Below are positions 1 to 13,914 of a DNA stretch of 64,000 bases, one piece after another. The stretch lies in the NCBI GenBank assembly GCA_964016885.1, contig OZ024764.1:4340001-4404000 (forward strand), given 5' to 3'. The notes below the pieces were generated by a model. It did no database searches. It had not been told where the DNA came from and was given only the letters and a program-made list of their open reading frames with translations. How positions within the stretch are numbered: position 1 is the stretch's first letter; every line of letters begins with the position of its first letter. A program made the position numbers and the translations under genes. Source of the DNA: Eledone cirrhosa. Lineage: Eukaryota.

Positions 1-20
1 CTGAAACCCCTAAAACTTAC

Positions 21-161
21 CTCAGAAGCCCACTGTATAGTCCCCATCTGTTCACAGAGGAAGGTGTATTCAACATTGGTCAATCCGGCCCCATATTTTG
101 CCTCAACATCGATATGTAGGGGCAGGAATAGATTCCACAGGCCCTGCTCTTTGGCCTTCAC
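21..161 (-). CDS. ACAD10: ACAD10 coding exon 14 (ACAD N-terminal domain); gene continues beyond the window
   Basis: cctag|[47 protein letters not shown]|gtaagt. 141 nt. Confidence 0.95.
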
Positions 162-394
162 CTAGGAACAAACATAAAAACACAGAGATGATAAAATAGG
201 GGTTAGATTTTGTGGCTGGCGTGGGGGTGGTGGGTAGGGACACACAGGTTCTGATCTATGGAGGTTGTGTACCTTTGACAACACAAACTATGAAACTACT
301 AGTTCTTTCTGGTGATAATGACGATGATTGGATAAGAAAGGGGATGAGGATGGTGGTGGAGATAATGTCAGGGAATGAGAGAGACACAGTAATT

Positions 395-1290
395 GTGAGA
401 GAGAGTGTGAACGAAAGAGAGAGACTGTGAAGAAGAGAGAGAGTGAACAAAAGTGAGAGAGAGAGAGAGTGTGAACAACACAGTAAATGGGAGAGGGAGG
501 GTTAACGAGGGAGAAAGAGAGAGTTAACGAGAGACAGAGAGAGACAGTAAACGTGAAAGAGAGAGTTAACGAGAGAGAGAGAGACAGTAAATGTGAAAGA
601 GAGAGTTAATGAGAGAGAGAGAGACAGTAAACGTGAAAGAGAGAGTTAACGAGAGAGAGGGAGAGACAGTAAACGTGAAAGAGAGTTAACGAGAGAGAGA
701 GACAGTAAATGTGAAAGAGAGAGTTAACGAGAGAGAGAGAGAGACAGTAAATGTGAAAGAGAGAGTTAACGAGAGAGAGAGACAGTAAACGTGAAAGAGA
801 GAGTTAACGAGAGAGAGAGAGAGAGTTAACGTGAAAGAGAGTTAACGAGAGAGAGAGACAGTAAACGTGAAAGAGAGAGTTAACGAGAGAGAGAGAGTTA
901 ACAAGAGAGACTGAGAGAGGGAGAGAGAGTTAATGAGAGAGAGGGAGAGAGAGTTAACGAGAGACAGAGAGAGACAGTAAATGAGAGAGAGGGAGAGAGT
1001 TAACGAGGGAGAGAGAGAGTTAACGAGAGGGAGAGAGAGAGACAGTAAACGTGAAAGAGAGAGTTAACGAGAGAGAGAGACAGTAAACGTGAAAGAGAGA
1101 GTTAACAAGAGAGACTGAGAGAGGGAGAGAGAGTTAATGAGAGAGAGGGAGAGAGAGTTAACGAGAGACAGAGAGAGAGGGAGAGAGAGAGTTAACGAGA
1201 CAGAGAGAGACAGTAAATGAGAGAGTTAATGAGAGAGAGGGAGAGAGTTAACGAGTGGGAGAGAGAGAGAGAGAGAGAGTTAACGAGAGG
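395..1290. repeat. GA-rich minisatellite punctuated by GTTAAC and CAGTAAACGTG
   Basis: Directly visible periodic purine tract filling intron 13. Confidence 0.9.
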
Positions 1291-1304
1291 TGTGGCTAAC
1301 TCAC

Positions 1305-1471
1305 CTTCAGTTCCTCGATAGGTTGAAACGGGGTCCACTTTTTGTCCGAGTGAATGTGTTGTAGAAAGGAGGACTCCAGAGGTAGGATGTGGTCAGTGAT
1401 GAATGTCTTCACTTCACCATACAGCTCCTGACAACGGGGAGAAAGGCTGGCCACTGTTAAGGGCATCAGTG
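1305..1471 (-). CDS. ACAD10: ACAD10 coding exon 13 (start of ACAD domain)
   Basis: ttccag|(S)LMPLTVASLSPRCQELYGEVKTFITDHILPLE...WTPFQPIEELK|gtgagt. 167 nt. Confidence 0.92.
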
Positions 1472-1632
1472 CTGGAAATAGGGATCAGAAAACATCCAGA
1501 ACAATCACCACATGGTATCACATCCAACAATCCCGACCAGAGCTGAGTGAACTGGAGCAACGTGAAATAAAGTGTCTTGCTCAAGGACACAATGCATCAC
1601 CTTGTCTGGAAATTCACAACCTTTCGATTGGA

Positions 1633-1971
1633 GGCACATAGCTTAGTGGTTAGAGCATTGGTCTTGCAATCGAAAGGTTGTGAGTTCAATTCTCAGACCG
1701 GGTGATGTGTTGTTTCCTTGAGCAAGGCACTTTATTTCACATTGCTCCAGTTTACTCAGCTGTAGAAATGAGATGATAGGGACTGGGGTCCCTATCATTC
1801 CACTGTAAAGTGGTCGTGGGGGTGCCACAGCAAAAAAGCACCCAGCACTCACTGTAAATGAGGTTGGTGTTAGGAAGGGCATCCAGCTGTAGAAATCAAG
1901 CCAGAATCAGTTCCCATCTCACCCTTGCAAGCAGGGAGAAGCGAACGTAAAATGATGATGATGATGATGAT
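1633..1971 (+). mobile_element. tRNA-derived SINE (family B) with an RTE-like 3' tail; other copies at ~14945-15395 and ~48100-48375 (-), tail pieces at 39900, 48650, 49580, 55330
   Basis: Box A TAGCTTAGTGG and box B GTTCAATTC. The 3' end CCTTGCAAGCAGGG...ACGTAAAA(TGA)n matches the RTE 3' end at 3610-3651. Confidence 0.78.
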
Positions 1972-2789
1972 TGCAGGCCCAATATGGATTTTCCTTTCTG
2001 ATGAATGGTTTCAGACGTCTCTATTGAGCTTGCCTGTCTTCATGAAACCTTTGGTAAATGGATTAATTATATTGTGTTGTTTATTACATAATTAAATAGC
2101 TCTGTATTATGTACAGAGAACTCTCCCTTCCTTTCCCCTTTGTATGGAAATACTTCATATATATATAGAGAGAGAGAGAACGGAAGAAATGTGGTAAGGA
2201 ACCAGGTGGACCATAACGCACCAAAGTACTCAATACTTAGGGTAGTAGAGTGGGTAATAGGAACGAGTAGGACCCCGACGGCTGAGCTTAAGCCGTTTCG
2301 ACGGCTAATTCGTTCCTATATAGAGAGAGAGATAGTGAGATTGGAAATAGCACAGAAAATATATTTTAGGGTATGTTTTTCTTTTTTTTCTTTCCTTTCT
2401 TTGATTCGTCAAAGTGAAATTATTGAAATAATTGTTTCTACTTTAGGCACAAGGCCAGTATTACCCAGTACATTACTGGTACTTTATTTTATCAACCCCG
2501 TAAGGATGAAAGGCAAAGTTATATAATGTATATAAAGTATATAAAATATAACCGGTTTCGATGTATTAGTAAAATCCATCTTGTCAAATGTTGAGTATTT
2601 TTTTAATATATACTCTCACACATATACACACACTTTCTAAAAAAAAATACATATATATACACACCCTCTCTAAAATATCCTGTAAAAGATCCTGTAAAAG
2701 GGAGAAAGCAACGATTCTTTGCTTAAATTTTAATCTGTACATATAATACATATTTGCTCTACGGGCTTTTTTTATATTTAATATAGTTC

Positions 2790-3651
2790 TCCAAGCCATA
2801 ACAGAGGAGTTTAAGACTGGCTATCCATGGGAACTTCTCTATGCTGATGATCTGGTTCTTATAGCAGAATCAGTAGAGGAGCTAGAGAATAAATTCTGGC
2901 TATAGAAACAGCAGTTGGAAGCAAGAGGACTGAGAGTGAACCTAACAAAGACTAAAGTGTTGATAAGTATGAAAGAGGAAAGACTCTGATTTCATCAGGG
3001 AAATGGCCATGTTCGATATGTAGGAAAGGAGTTGGCATAAATTCTATAAAATGTACACAATGCAGATCCTGGGTAAACAAGAGATATAGTGGGATAGGTA
3101 GGAAAAAATACGTATGCAGTAGATGTATAGGGAAATTTGACAGTAGAAGTTGCACTGATAGACACATTTTTCCAATGCAGGTGGGTTCTATAGAAGTGGT
3201 GGATAGCTTCCGGTACCTAGGAGATCAGATTAGCATGAGAGGGGGGTGTTTTCTGAGGCCATAGTATCTAGAATAAGGACGGGTTGGAAGAAGTTTAGGG
3301 AGCTGCTTCCTCTGCTGACAAAGAAGGGTTTCTCCCTGTGTACGAAAGGACGGTTATATGATGCCTGTGTGAGATATGCAACGGCTGGAGAGAAGACTGA
3401 GATGGTATGGACATGTGATGCGCATGGAGGATGACCGCTGGGTAAAGAAGTGCCAAGAAATCGCAGTAGAAGGAAGACGCACTAGAGGAAGACCACGAAA
3501 AACATGAGCAGAGGTGGTGAGAGCAGACCTCAGATCGCTGAAGCTCATGGAGGAATGACGAAGGACCGTGACAAATGGAGAGATACTGTGCTGAACAGGA
3601 CCCATCCTACCCTTGCAAGCAGGGAAAAGCGGACGTAAAATGATGATGATG
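2790..3651 (+). mobile_element. Degenerate RTE LINE 3' fragment
   Basis: Motifs PWELLYADDL, GKWPCSICRKGVG, RRLRWYGHVMRM, GRPRKT; (ATG)n tail. Confidence 0.85.
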
Positions 3652-3948
3652 ATATAATCCTTATCGTCGAGTCCTCTTCGGATTTTAGTCTTCACATTTA
3701 TTATTACTATATATATATATATGAATGTATGTATAGTATATTTGGCAATATACCGTATGTTTAATTACAAACATTTAGAAGACCATTTGCTATCAGTTTT
3801 AAAGTAGTGACTATGTCACTTACTTAATTTGGGTGAAAGAAGGGAGAGAGGCTGACAGTCTGTTTCTTGCTGTTTGGCGTTTATCAGAACCACACACTCC
3901 CCTGCTTCTGCCGAAAATTATAGAAATTGGATTCTTATAGAATTCCAA

Positions 3949-6900
3949 TCATCATCATCATTTTATGTCCGCTTTTCCCTGCTTTCAAGGGTGGAACGGG
4001 TCCTATTCAGCACAGCATCTCTCCACTTGTCACGGTCCTTCGTCATCTCCACCGTGAGCTTCAGTGATCTGAGGTCTGCTCTCACCACCTCCACCCATGT
4101 TTTTCGTGGTCTTCCTCTACTGTGTCTTCCTTCTACTGGGATTTCTTGGCAGTTCTTTACCCAGCGGTCATTATCCATGCACATCACATGTCCATACCAT
4201 CTCAGTCTTCTCTCCCACACACCACAACTTATCCCTCTTATCCACAGTTTCTCTCTCAACACATCACATGTCCATACCATCTCAGTCTTCTCTCCCACAC
4301 ACCACAACTTATCCCTCTTATCCACAGTTTCTCTCTCAACACATCACATGTCCATACCATCTCAGTCTTCTCTCCCACACCACAACTTATCCCTCTTATC
4401 CACAGTTTCTCTCTCAACACATCACATGTCCATACCATCTCAGCCTTCTCTCCCACACACCACAACTTATCCCTCTTATACACAGTTTCTCTCTCAACTC
4501 ATCACATGTCCATACCATCTCAGTCTTCTCTCCCACACACTACAACTTATTCCTCTTATACCTAGTTTCTCTCTCAACACATCACATGTCCATACCATCT
4601 CAGTCTTCTCTCCCGCACACCACAACTTATCCCTCTTATACACAGTTTCTCTCTCAACACATCACATGTCCATACCATCTCAGCCTTCTCTCCCACACAC
4701 TACAACTTATTCCTCTTATACACCTTTTCTCTCTCAACACATCACATGTCCATACCATCTCAGCCTTCTCTCCCACACACTACAACTTATTCCTCTTATA
4801 CACCTTTTCTCTCTCAACACATCACATGTCCATACCATCTCAGCCTTCTCTCCCATACCCTACAACTTATCCCTCTTATACACAGTTTCTCTCTCAACAC
4901 ATCACATGTCCATACCATCTCAGTCTTCTCTCCCACACACCACAACTTATCCCTCTTATCCACAGTTTCTCTCTCAACACATCACATGTCCATACCATCT
5001 CAGTCTTCTCTCCCACATACTACAGTTTATCCCTCTTATCCACAGTTTCTCTCTCAACTCATCACATGTCCATACCATCTCAGTCTTCTCTCCCACACAC
5101 CACAACTTATCCCTCTTATACACAGTTTCTCTCTCAACTCATCACATGTCCATACCATCTCAGTCTTCTCTCCCACACACTACAACTTATTCCTCTTATA
5201 CCTAGTTTCTCTCTCAACACATCACATGTCCATACCATCTCAGTCTTCTCTCCCGCACACCACAACTTATCCCTCTTATACACAGTTTCTCTCTCAACAC
5301 ATCACATGTCCATACCATCTCAGCCTTCTCTCCCACACACTACAACTTATTCCTCTTATACACCTTTTCTCTCTCAACACATCACATGTCCATACCATCT
5401 CAGCCTTCTCTCCCACACACTACAACTTATTCCTCTTATACACCTTTTCTCTCTCAACACATCACATGTCCATACCATCTCAGTCTTCTCTCCCACACAC
5501 CACAACTTATCCCTCTTATCCACAGTTTCTCTCTCAACACATCACATGTCCATACCATCTCAGTCTTCTCTCCCACATACTACAGTTTATCCCTCTTATA
5601 CACAGTTTCTCTCTCAACTCATCACATGTCCATACCATCTCAGTCTTCTCTCCCACACACCACAACTTATCCCTCTTATACCCAGTTTCTCTCTCAACAC
5701 ATCACATGTCCATACCATCTCAGCCTTTTCTCCCACACACCACAACTTATCCCTCTTATACACAGTTTCTCTCTCAACACATCACATGCCCATACCATCT
5801 CAGTCTTCTCTCCCACACACCACAACTTATCCCTCTTATACACAGTTTCTCTCTCAACACATCACATGCCCATACCATCTCAGTCTTCTCTCCCACACAC
5901 CACAACTTATCCCTCTTATACACAGTTTCTCTCTCAACTCATCACATGTCCATACCATCTCAGTCTTCTCTCCCACACACTACAACTTATCCCTCTTATA
6001 CACAGTTTCTCTCTCAACTCATCACATGTCCATACCATCTCAGTCTTCTCTCCCACACACTACAACTTATTCCTCTTATACCCAGTTTCTCTCTCAACAC
6101 ATCACATGTCCATACCATCTCAGTCTTCTCTCCCACACACCACAACTTATCCCTCTTATACACAGTTTCTCTCTCAACTCATCACATGTCCATACCATCT
6201 CAGTCTTCTCTCCCACACACTACAACTTATTCCTCTTATACCCAGTTTCTCTCTCAACACATCACATGCCCATACCATCTCAGTCTTCTCTCCCACACAC
6301 CACAACTTATCCCTCTTATACACAGTTTCTCTCTCAACTCATCACATGTCCATACCATCTCAGTCTTCTCTCCCACACACTACAACTTATTCCTCTTATA
6401 CCCAGTTTCTCTCTCAACACATCACATGCCCATACCATCTCAGTCTTCTCTCCCACACACCACAACTTATCCCTCTTATACACAGTTTCTCTCTCAACTC
6501 ATCACATGTCCATACCATCTCAGTCTTCTCTCCCACACACTACAACTTATCCCTCTTATACACAGTTTCTCTCTCAACTCATCACATGTCCATACCATCT
6601 CAGTCTTCTCTCCCACACACTACAACTTATCCCTCTTATACACAGTTTCTCTCTCAACTCATCACATGTCCATACCATCTCAGTCTTCTCTCCCACACAC
6701 TACAACTTATTCCTCTTATACCCAGTTTCTCTCTCAACACATCACATGCCCATACCATCTCAGTCTTCTCTCCCACACACCACAACTTATCCCTCTTATA
6801 CACAGTTTCTCTCTCAACTCATCACATGTCCATACCATCTCAGTCTTCTCTCCCACACACTACAACTTATTCCTCTTATACCCAGTTTCTCTCTCAACAC

Positions 6901-7720
6901 ATCACATGCCCATACCATCTCAGTCTTCTCTCCCACACACCACAACTTATCCCTCTTATACACAGTTTCTCTCTCAACACATCACATGCCCATACCATCT
7001 CAGTCTTCTCTCCCACACACCACAACTTATCCCTCTTATACACAGTTTCTCTCTCAACTCATCACATGTCCATACCATCTCAGTCTTCTCTCCCACACAC
7101 CACAACTTATCCCTCTTATACACAGTTTCTCTCTCAACACATCACATGTCCATACCATCTCAGCCTTCTCTCCCACACACTACAGCTTATCCCTCTTATA
7201 CACAGTTTCTCTCTCAACACATCACATGTCCATACCATCTCAGTCTTCTCTCCCACACACTACAGCTTATCCCTCTTATACCCAGTTTCTCTCTCAACAC
7301 ATCACATGTCCATACCATCTCAGCCTTCTCTCCCACACACTACAGCTTATCCCTCTTATACACAGTTTCTCTCTCAACACATCACATGTCCATACCATCT
7401 CAGTCTTCTCTCCCACACACTACAGCTTATCCCTCTTATACACAGTTTCTCTCTCAACACATCACATGTCCATACCATCTCAGCCTTCTCTCCCACACAC
7501 TACAGCTTATCCCTCTTATACCCAGTTTCTCTCTCAACTCATCACATGTCCATACCATCTCAGCCTTCTCTCCCACACACTACAGCTTATCCCTCTTATA
7601 CCCAGTTTCTCTCTCAATTCAGCCATGCTTGGTTGTTCACGCACATTGACAATACACATCCAACAGATCATGCTTGCTTCATTTCTCTCCAGTCGTCGCA
7701 TATCCTCTGCAGTTGCTGCC
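3949..7720 (-). mobile_element. RTE LINE 3' fragment with an internal 80-bp tandem expansion
   Basis: RRLERNEASM...LREKLGIRGI..RRLRWYGHVM...GRPRKTW; (ATG)n tail at 3949-3961. Confidence 0.87.
4181..7617. repeat. 80-bp minisatellite, about 43 copies, RTE-derived
   Basis: Unit acatcacatgtccataccatctcagtcttctctcccacacaccacaacttatccctcttatacacagtttctctctcaac. Confidence 0.95.
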
Positions 7721-8062
7721 CAATATATACACATATATATATCCGATCTATATAACAGTCCCATACGAGCAAGACAACCAATCTTGCCTCAAGTGGGAAA
7801 ACTCCCGTCTAAACCCATGCAAGCGTGGAAGATGGACGTTAAACGATGATGATGGTGATGATGATGATGATCTCCCACAATGCCAAAGTTGGCCTCTGTA
7901 AGATTTGAACTCAGAATGCAGAGAACTAGAATCCGAATCACACACCATGCTGTATCTGTTTCGACGAATGACTCAGCAAATTTACTGATGGCTTTTTCAC
8001 CCAGCGTACTCTGTAATAGCTCTCCACCTTACTAAACTTTTGAAAATCCAGCCTGCTTTACA

Positions 8063-9712
8063 ATATTACAGTAAAGACTTTAATATTTAATGTGATGTAG
8101 TCATAGTGTTGTTTTGTACTAAATGTTTATAGTATCTTTACTGGTGGACAGATTGTTGTGAAAATTTACAGTATTACAGTAAAGACTTTAATATTTAATG
8201 TGATGTAGTCATAGTGTTGTTTTGTACTAAATGTTTATAGTATCTTTACTGGTGGACAGATTGTTGTGAAAATTTACAGTATTACAGTAAAGACTAGTAT
8301 TTAATGTGATGTAGTCATAGTGTTGTTTTGTACTAAATGTCTATAGTATCTTTACTGGTGGACAGATTGTTGTGAAAATTTACAGTATTACAGTAAAGAC
8401 TTTAGTATTTAATGTGATGTAGTCATAGTGTTGTTTTGTACTAAATGTTTATAGTATCTTTACTGGGGGACAGATTGTTGTGAAAATTTACAGTATTACA
8501 GTAAAGACTTTAGTATTTAATGTGATGTAGTCATAGTGTTGTTTTGTACTAAATGTTTATAGTATCTTTACTGGTGGACAGATTGTTGTGAAAATTTACA
8601 GTATTACAGTAAAGACTTTAGTATTTAATGTGATGTAGTCATAGTGTTGTTTTGTACTAAATGTTTATAGTATCTTTACTGGTGGACAGATTGTTGTGAA
8701 AATTTACAGTATTACAGTAAAGACTTTAGTATTTAATGTGATGTAGTCATAGTGTTGTTTTGTACTAAATGTTTATAGTATCTTTACTGGGGGACAGATT
8801 GTTGTGAACATTTACAGTATTACAGTAAAGACTAGTATTTAATGTGATGTAGTCATAGTGTTGTTTTGTACTAAATGTTTATAGTATCTTTACTGGGGGA
8901 CAGATTGTTGTGAAAATTTACAGTATTACAGTAAAGACTTTAATATTTAATGTGATGTAGTCATAGTGTTGTTTTGTACTAAATGTTTATAGTATCTTTA
9001 CTGGTGGACAGATTGTTGTGAAAATTTACAGTATTACAGTAAAGACTTTAGTATTTAATGTGATGTAGTCATAGTGTTGTTTTGTACTAAATGTTTATAG
9101 TATCTTTACTGGTGGATAGATTGTTGTGAAAATTTACAGTATTACAGTAAAGACTTTAGTATTTAATGTGATGTAGTCATAGTGTTGTTTTGTACTAAAT
9201 GTTTATAGTATCTTTACTGGTGGACAGATTGTTGTGAAAATTTACAGTATTACAGTAAAGAGTTTAGTATTTAATGTGATGTAGTCATAGTGTTGTTTTG
9301 TACTAAATGTTTATAGTATCTTTACTGGGGGACAGATTGTTGTGAATATTTACAGTATTACAGTAAAGACTAGTATTTAATGTGATGTAGTCATAGTGTT
9401 GTTTTGTACTAAATGTTTATAGTATCTTTACTGGGGGACAGATTGTTGTGAACATTTACAGTATTACAGTAAAGACTTTAATATTTAATGTGATGTAGTC
9501 ATAGTGTTGTTTTGTACTAAATGTTTATAGTATCTTTACTGGTGGACAGATTGTTGTGAAAATTTACAGTATTACAGTAAAGACTAGTAATATTTAATGT
9601 GATGTAGTCATAGTGTTGTTTTGTAGTAAATGTTTATAGTATCTTTACTGGTGGACAGACTGTTGTGAAAATTTACTGTATTACAGTAAAGACTAGTAAT
9701 ATTTAATGTGAT
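8063..9712. repeat. About 108-bp AT-rich tandem repeat, about 15 copies
   Basis: Unit attacagtaaagactttagtatttaatgtgatgtagtc...gtgaaaatttacagt. Confidence 0.95.
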
Positions 9713-10257
9713 ACAGTCATCATCTTTTGTAGTTTTAAAGAATGTCTTGCTGATATGGTACAGGATATTAAAAGTTGGCATTCGTGGTCCCGAAATTTGC
9801 GAAAATTTCCTAGAAATCACCAAATATTCGCAGAATTGTAAATATCTTCCGCCATCTTTTTATGGCTTTTTTCATGGCAATATATATATTTTAACACTAA
9901 CTTATCAACAACAATATACCGTATTTGCTGGCCTATTGGACGCCCCTTCACATAAGACTCCCTCTTTTTTAATTATATTTTATGTTATATTCTGACGTTT
10001 ATAGGCATTTTTATGGACCACGTCAAATATTTGTGGTTTTTCACTCTTTGTAGGTGATCTAGGAACATAACCATCACAAATACTGAGGGACAACTGTATA
10101 TGTGTGTGTGTGTATTGAACAATGAAAATAAAACAAAAGTTGAAGATAGGTTCTTAACCAGCTTGTTGTTTTACGATCATTTCATACAAATGAAACAGTT
10201 CTAGTCCTGTAGAAACCATTTCTATATATATAGGTATATAGATATTAATTTAATAAT

Positions 10258-10441
10258 TGTTTCTACTTTAGGCACAAGGCCAGCAATTACCCCAGTGCAT
10301 TACTGGTACTTTATTTTATCGACCCCGTAAGGATGAAAGGCAAAGTCAACCTCGGCGGGATTTGAACACAGATCGTAAAGGGAGTAACTATACTGGAAAG
10401 CATGGCGTCCGACCCTCTACCGATACTGCCAATCCACCACC
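10258..10441 (-). mobile_element. tRNA-derived SINE (family A) with a 13-bp TSD; other copies at ~2430, 13351, 15438, 16590, 45333, 45635, 56451, 56845
   Basis: Box A TGGCAGTATCGG and box B GTTCAAATCCC on the minus strand. TSD TTAATTTAATAAT at 10245-10257 and 10442-10454. Confidence 0.85.
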
Positions 10442-10792
10442 TTAATTTAATAATGAAAATAATAACAACAAAGTCAAGTTATTTTACCTATACATATCAT
10501 TGTTTTACAATCGTTTCAGAGGGTTGATCATATTGGGATATTGCCTGATCTATAGCGGTTATTGAACTGTATACTATCAGACCTCATATATAGGTTCGAT
10601 CTGACTGTCTTGTTTCCGAAGAAGACGGTCTAATCGAACCTATATATGAGGTCAGATATTATATAGTTCAATAACTGCTATAGATCAGACAATATGTCAA
10701 TATGATCAACCCTCCGAAACAATTGTAAAACAATGATATTAACAGGTAAAATAACTCGACTTTGTTGTTATTATTTTCATTGTTAAATTAAT
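10442..10792. repeat. Long inverted repeat (about 165-bp arms) whose left end is interrupted by a SINE
   Basis: ttaatttaataatgaaaataataacaacaaagtc ... gactttgttgttattattttcattgttaaattaa. Confidence 0.88.
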
Positions 10793-10932
10793 ACCTAATA
10801 TCTGACTCCGTATCTAAGGAATTAACTCAGTGGAACACAAAACCTTTCTAAGGATTTCACTGGATTCCTTGCTATCAGATTACATTGAGTTCTGTCTACG
10901 GTACGGACCCTAACACCAAGGGTAGACCACAG

Positions 10933-10972
<40 letters not shown>

Positions 10973-11207
10973 TGTATATATATTTATTAAAATAACAGAA
11001 ACTTTAATCTGTTATTTTAATAAATATTTGCTCTAGGGTTCTTATATATTTGATATATATTTATCCTTATCGAGCCCTCTTTGGATTTTAGTCTTCACAT
11101 TTATTATTATTACTATATATATATGCAAAAGTTCTATTTAAATTGTTGGATACAACAAGCAAATATTTTTATAACTGATATAAAGCACTCAACAAGTATT
11201 TGGAGTA

Positions 11208-11627
11208 AATATATGATATTAACAAATGGAAACTATATTTATAAAACCATATTTTATTATACATATTTCAAGGATACCATGTTAAATTATGGTATGCCTT
11301 CATCAGACAAAATACAATATATACCAGTTTTATAAATAAATATTGACATACCCTTTCAAAATGCAACCGTTACTTTTGGACATACCCTTTCAAAATGACA
11401 TACCCTTTCAAAATGCAACCGTTACTTTTGGAAGACATCCCTGATGTTTTCCAAAAGTAACGGTTGCATTTTGAAAGGGTATGTCAATATTTATTTATAA
11501 AACTGGTTATATATTGTATTTTGTCTGATGAAAGCATACCATAATTTAAGATGGTATCCTTGAAATATGTATAATAAAATAGATATGGTTTTATAAATAT
11601 AGTTTCCATTTGTTAATATCGTATATA
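11208..11627. repeat. Long inverted repeat (about 180-bp arms), Penelope-like fold-back
   Basis: The arms are reverse complements around gaagacatccctgatgttttcc; the right end abuts (TA)n. Confidence 0.85.
11517..11581 (+). ncRNA. Putative minimal type I hammerhead ribozyme; mirror copy at 11250-11314 (-)
   Basis: TATTTTGT-CTGATGA-AAGCATACCAT..ATGGTATCCTT-GAAA-TATGTA-TA-ATAAAATA. Confidence 0.55.
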
Positions 11628-11676
<49 letters not shown>

Positions 11677-11775
11677 CGAAGAAATGTGGTAAGGAACCAG
11701 GTGGACCATAACGCACCAAAGTACTCAATACTTAGGGTAGTAGAGTGGGTAATAGGAACAAGTAAGACTTGTTCC

Positions 11776-11807
<32 letters not shown>

Positions 11808-12288
11808 TATTGTTGGCATTAGGAAGGGCATCCAGCTGTAGAAACTAAGCTAGAATCAGTTGTGTGACATGGTCACCTGACCTAGCATTGCCCACAACAG
11901 GACAACTTATCTAACCCATGCTAGTGTGGAAAATGGACGTGAAACGATGATGATGATAATGATATAGGTTAATAGAAAAACAAGGCACATTTGCTGATAT
12001 GCAATTATTAATTTATTGAATACTGGATAGTCTTACACATGTTTCAATACAATAAATAATTGGCCTCTGAAACCTGAATTATCACATGATTTACAACCCC
12101 ATGCATTAACCATGCAGGATTGATTTTGGCAACACAACTGATACCAACTAAATATTAGTGGTAAACTGTTCAATTGACCAAACTGGTAAGTTGCCTTACC
12201 ATTTTTGTACATGCACATCTACCCTACAATATAAAAACTAGAAGCCACCTACAGAAAGCTGGTACCTGAAATTTATTTCCCATATATA

Positions 12289-12325
<37 letters not shown>

Positions 12326-13914
12326 TCATCATCATCGTTTAATGTCCATCTTCCACGCTAAACGATGATGATGATGATGATATATATATATATATATAGG
12401 AAATAAATTCATTTATTTCTATAAATATAAATATATATTTATTTATATATATATAAATATATATTTATTTATATATATATATAAATATATATTTTATTTA
12501 TATATATATAAATATATATTTATTTATATATATATAAATATATATTTATTTATATATATATATATATTTATTTATATATATATAAATATATATTTATTTA
12601 TATATATATAAATATATATTTATTTATTTATATATATATTTATATATATATACACACAGCAAGGATAATTTCTAAAGTCAGATGTAGATGTTCAAAGTTT
12701 TTCATCATCATCATCATCGTCATTTTAATATCCATATTCCCTGGCCACCCCTTCCTTCTTGTAATTTTTTTATAGAAAATGTCCTGGGGCCTCCATTTCA
12801 AAACTACATTCCTGAAAGATAAAGAAAATTAGGGTTAGGTTCTAGGATTAAGGTTACAGTTGAGGGTGAAGTTAAGGTTAGGGTTTAGGGATTTAGGTTA
12901 AAGTTATGTTTAAGGTTAGACTTAGATGTAGAGTTGAGGTTAAACACCAAGTTGTACTTAAATCCTTAACCCTTACCCAAACACCAATGAACACTAACTC
13001 AACCCTAAACCAACCGTGACCCTAAATTAATCTAACCATAATCCTGATGAAACTTAAACCAACCCTAAACATTGACCCAACCTTTAACCCAGACCTTAAT
13101 CCTTACACCTAGCCCTAACAACAGACCCTAAATCCTAATCCATGACTAAACCACAACACTAAACCCCCAACACTAACTCTAAACTCTAAGCCAAACCTTA
13201 ACTTTTACCCCCCAAACCAAAACAAACCCCAACTTCTAAAACCAAACTGTAACCCCCAAGTTAGATTACTTTCAATAAATAATCAATGAATATTACATAA
13301 TTTATCTACTAAATTTTGTAGCTGTTGATTAAATATAAATATTCTTATATATAATTGTTTCTACTTTTGGCACAAGGCCAGCAATTACCCCAGTGCATTA
13401 CTGGTACTTTATTTTATCGACCCCGTAAGGATGAAAGGCAAAGTTAACCTTGGTGGGATTTGAACTCAGATTGGAAAGGGACGTAACTCTTTGCTGCAAA
13501 GCATGGCGTCTGACCCTCTACCGATACTGCCAATCCACCACCTTAAAATAAGCAATCATTCTTATATATAATGATTGCTTATTTTAAGATTCACTTTTAA
13601 AATTTCTACACTTCTGGTTAGCATCTGTTACCTATATCACATCACTTATATAAACATTCATATATTTACATCATTATATAAGGTTTATATTTCTGTCATT
13701 AATTTTCTCCTTTTTCGTTTTTATAACATTTCACCGTAATCCAGTTTATATATAATATCGTCTGTTTTAAATGTTTCATGGATTACTTTACTGATTACAT
13801 AAGACAGTGTAACACAGTCTCTCTTCAATTTCTGTGTATATTGTCAATTACGATTGTATTTGATCTTATTATATCTACATGTATGTATATTTACATATAA
13901 TATCAATATGCGCA

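Noticed and set aside
1633-1705. tRNA gene candidates (A/B boxes; also in SINE-A copies)
   Set aside because: These are SINE heads with no complete cloverleaf; they continue into repeat bodies.
3874-7849. ORFs of 443-1250 aa rich in His/Ser/Thr
   Set aside because: They are the stop-free antisense reading of an 80-bp RTE-derived tandem, open in several frames.
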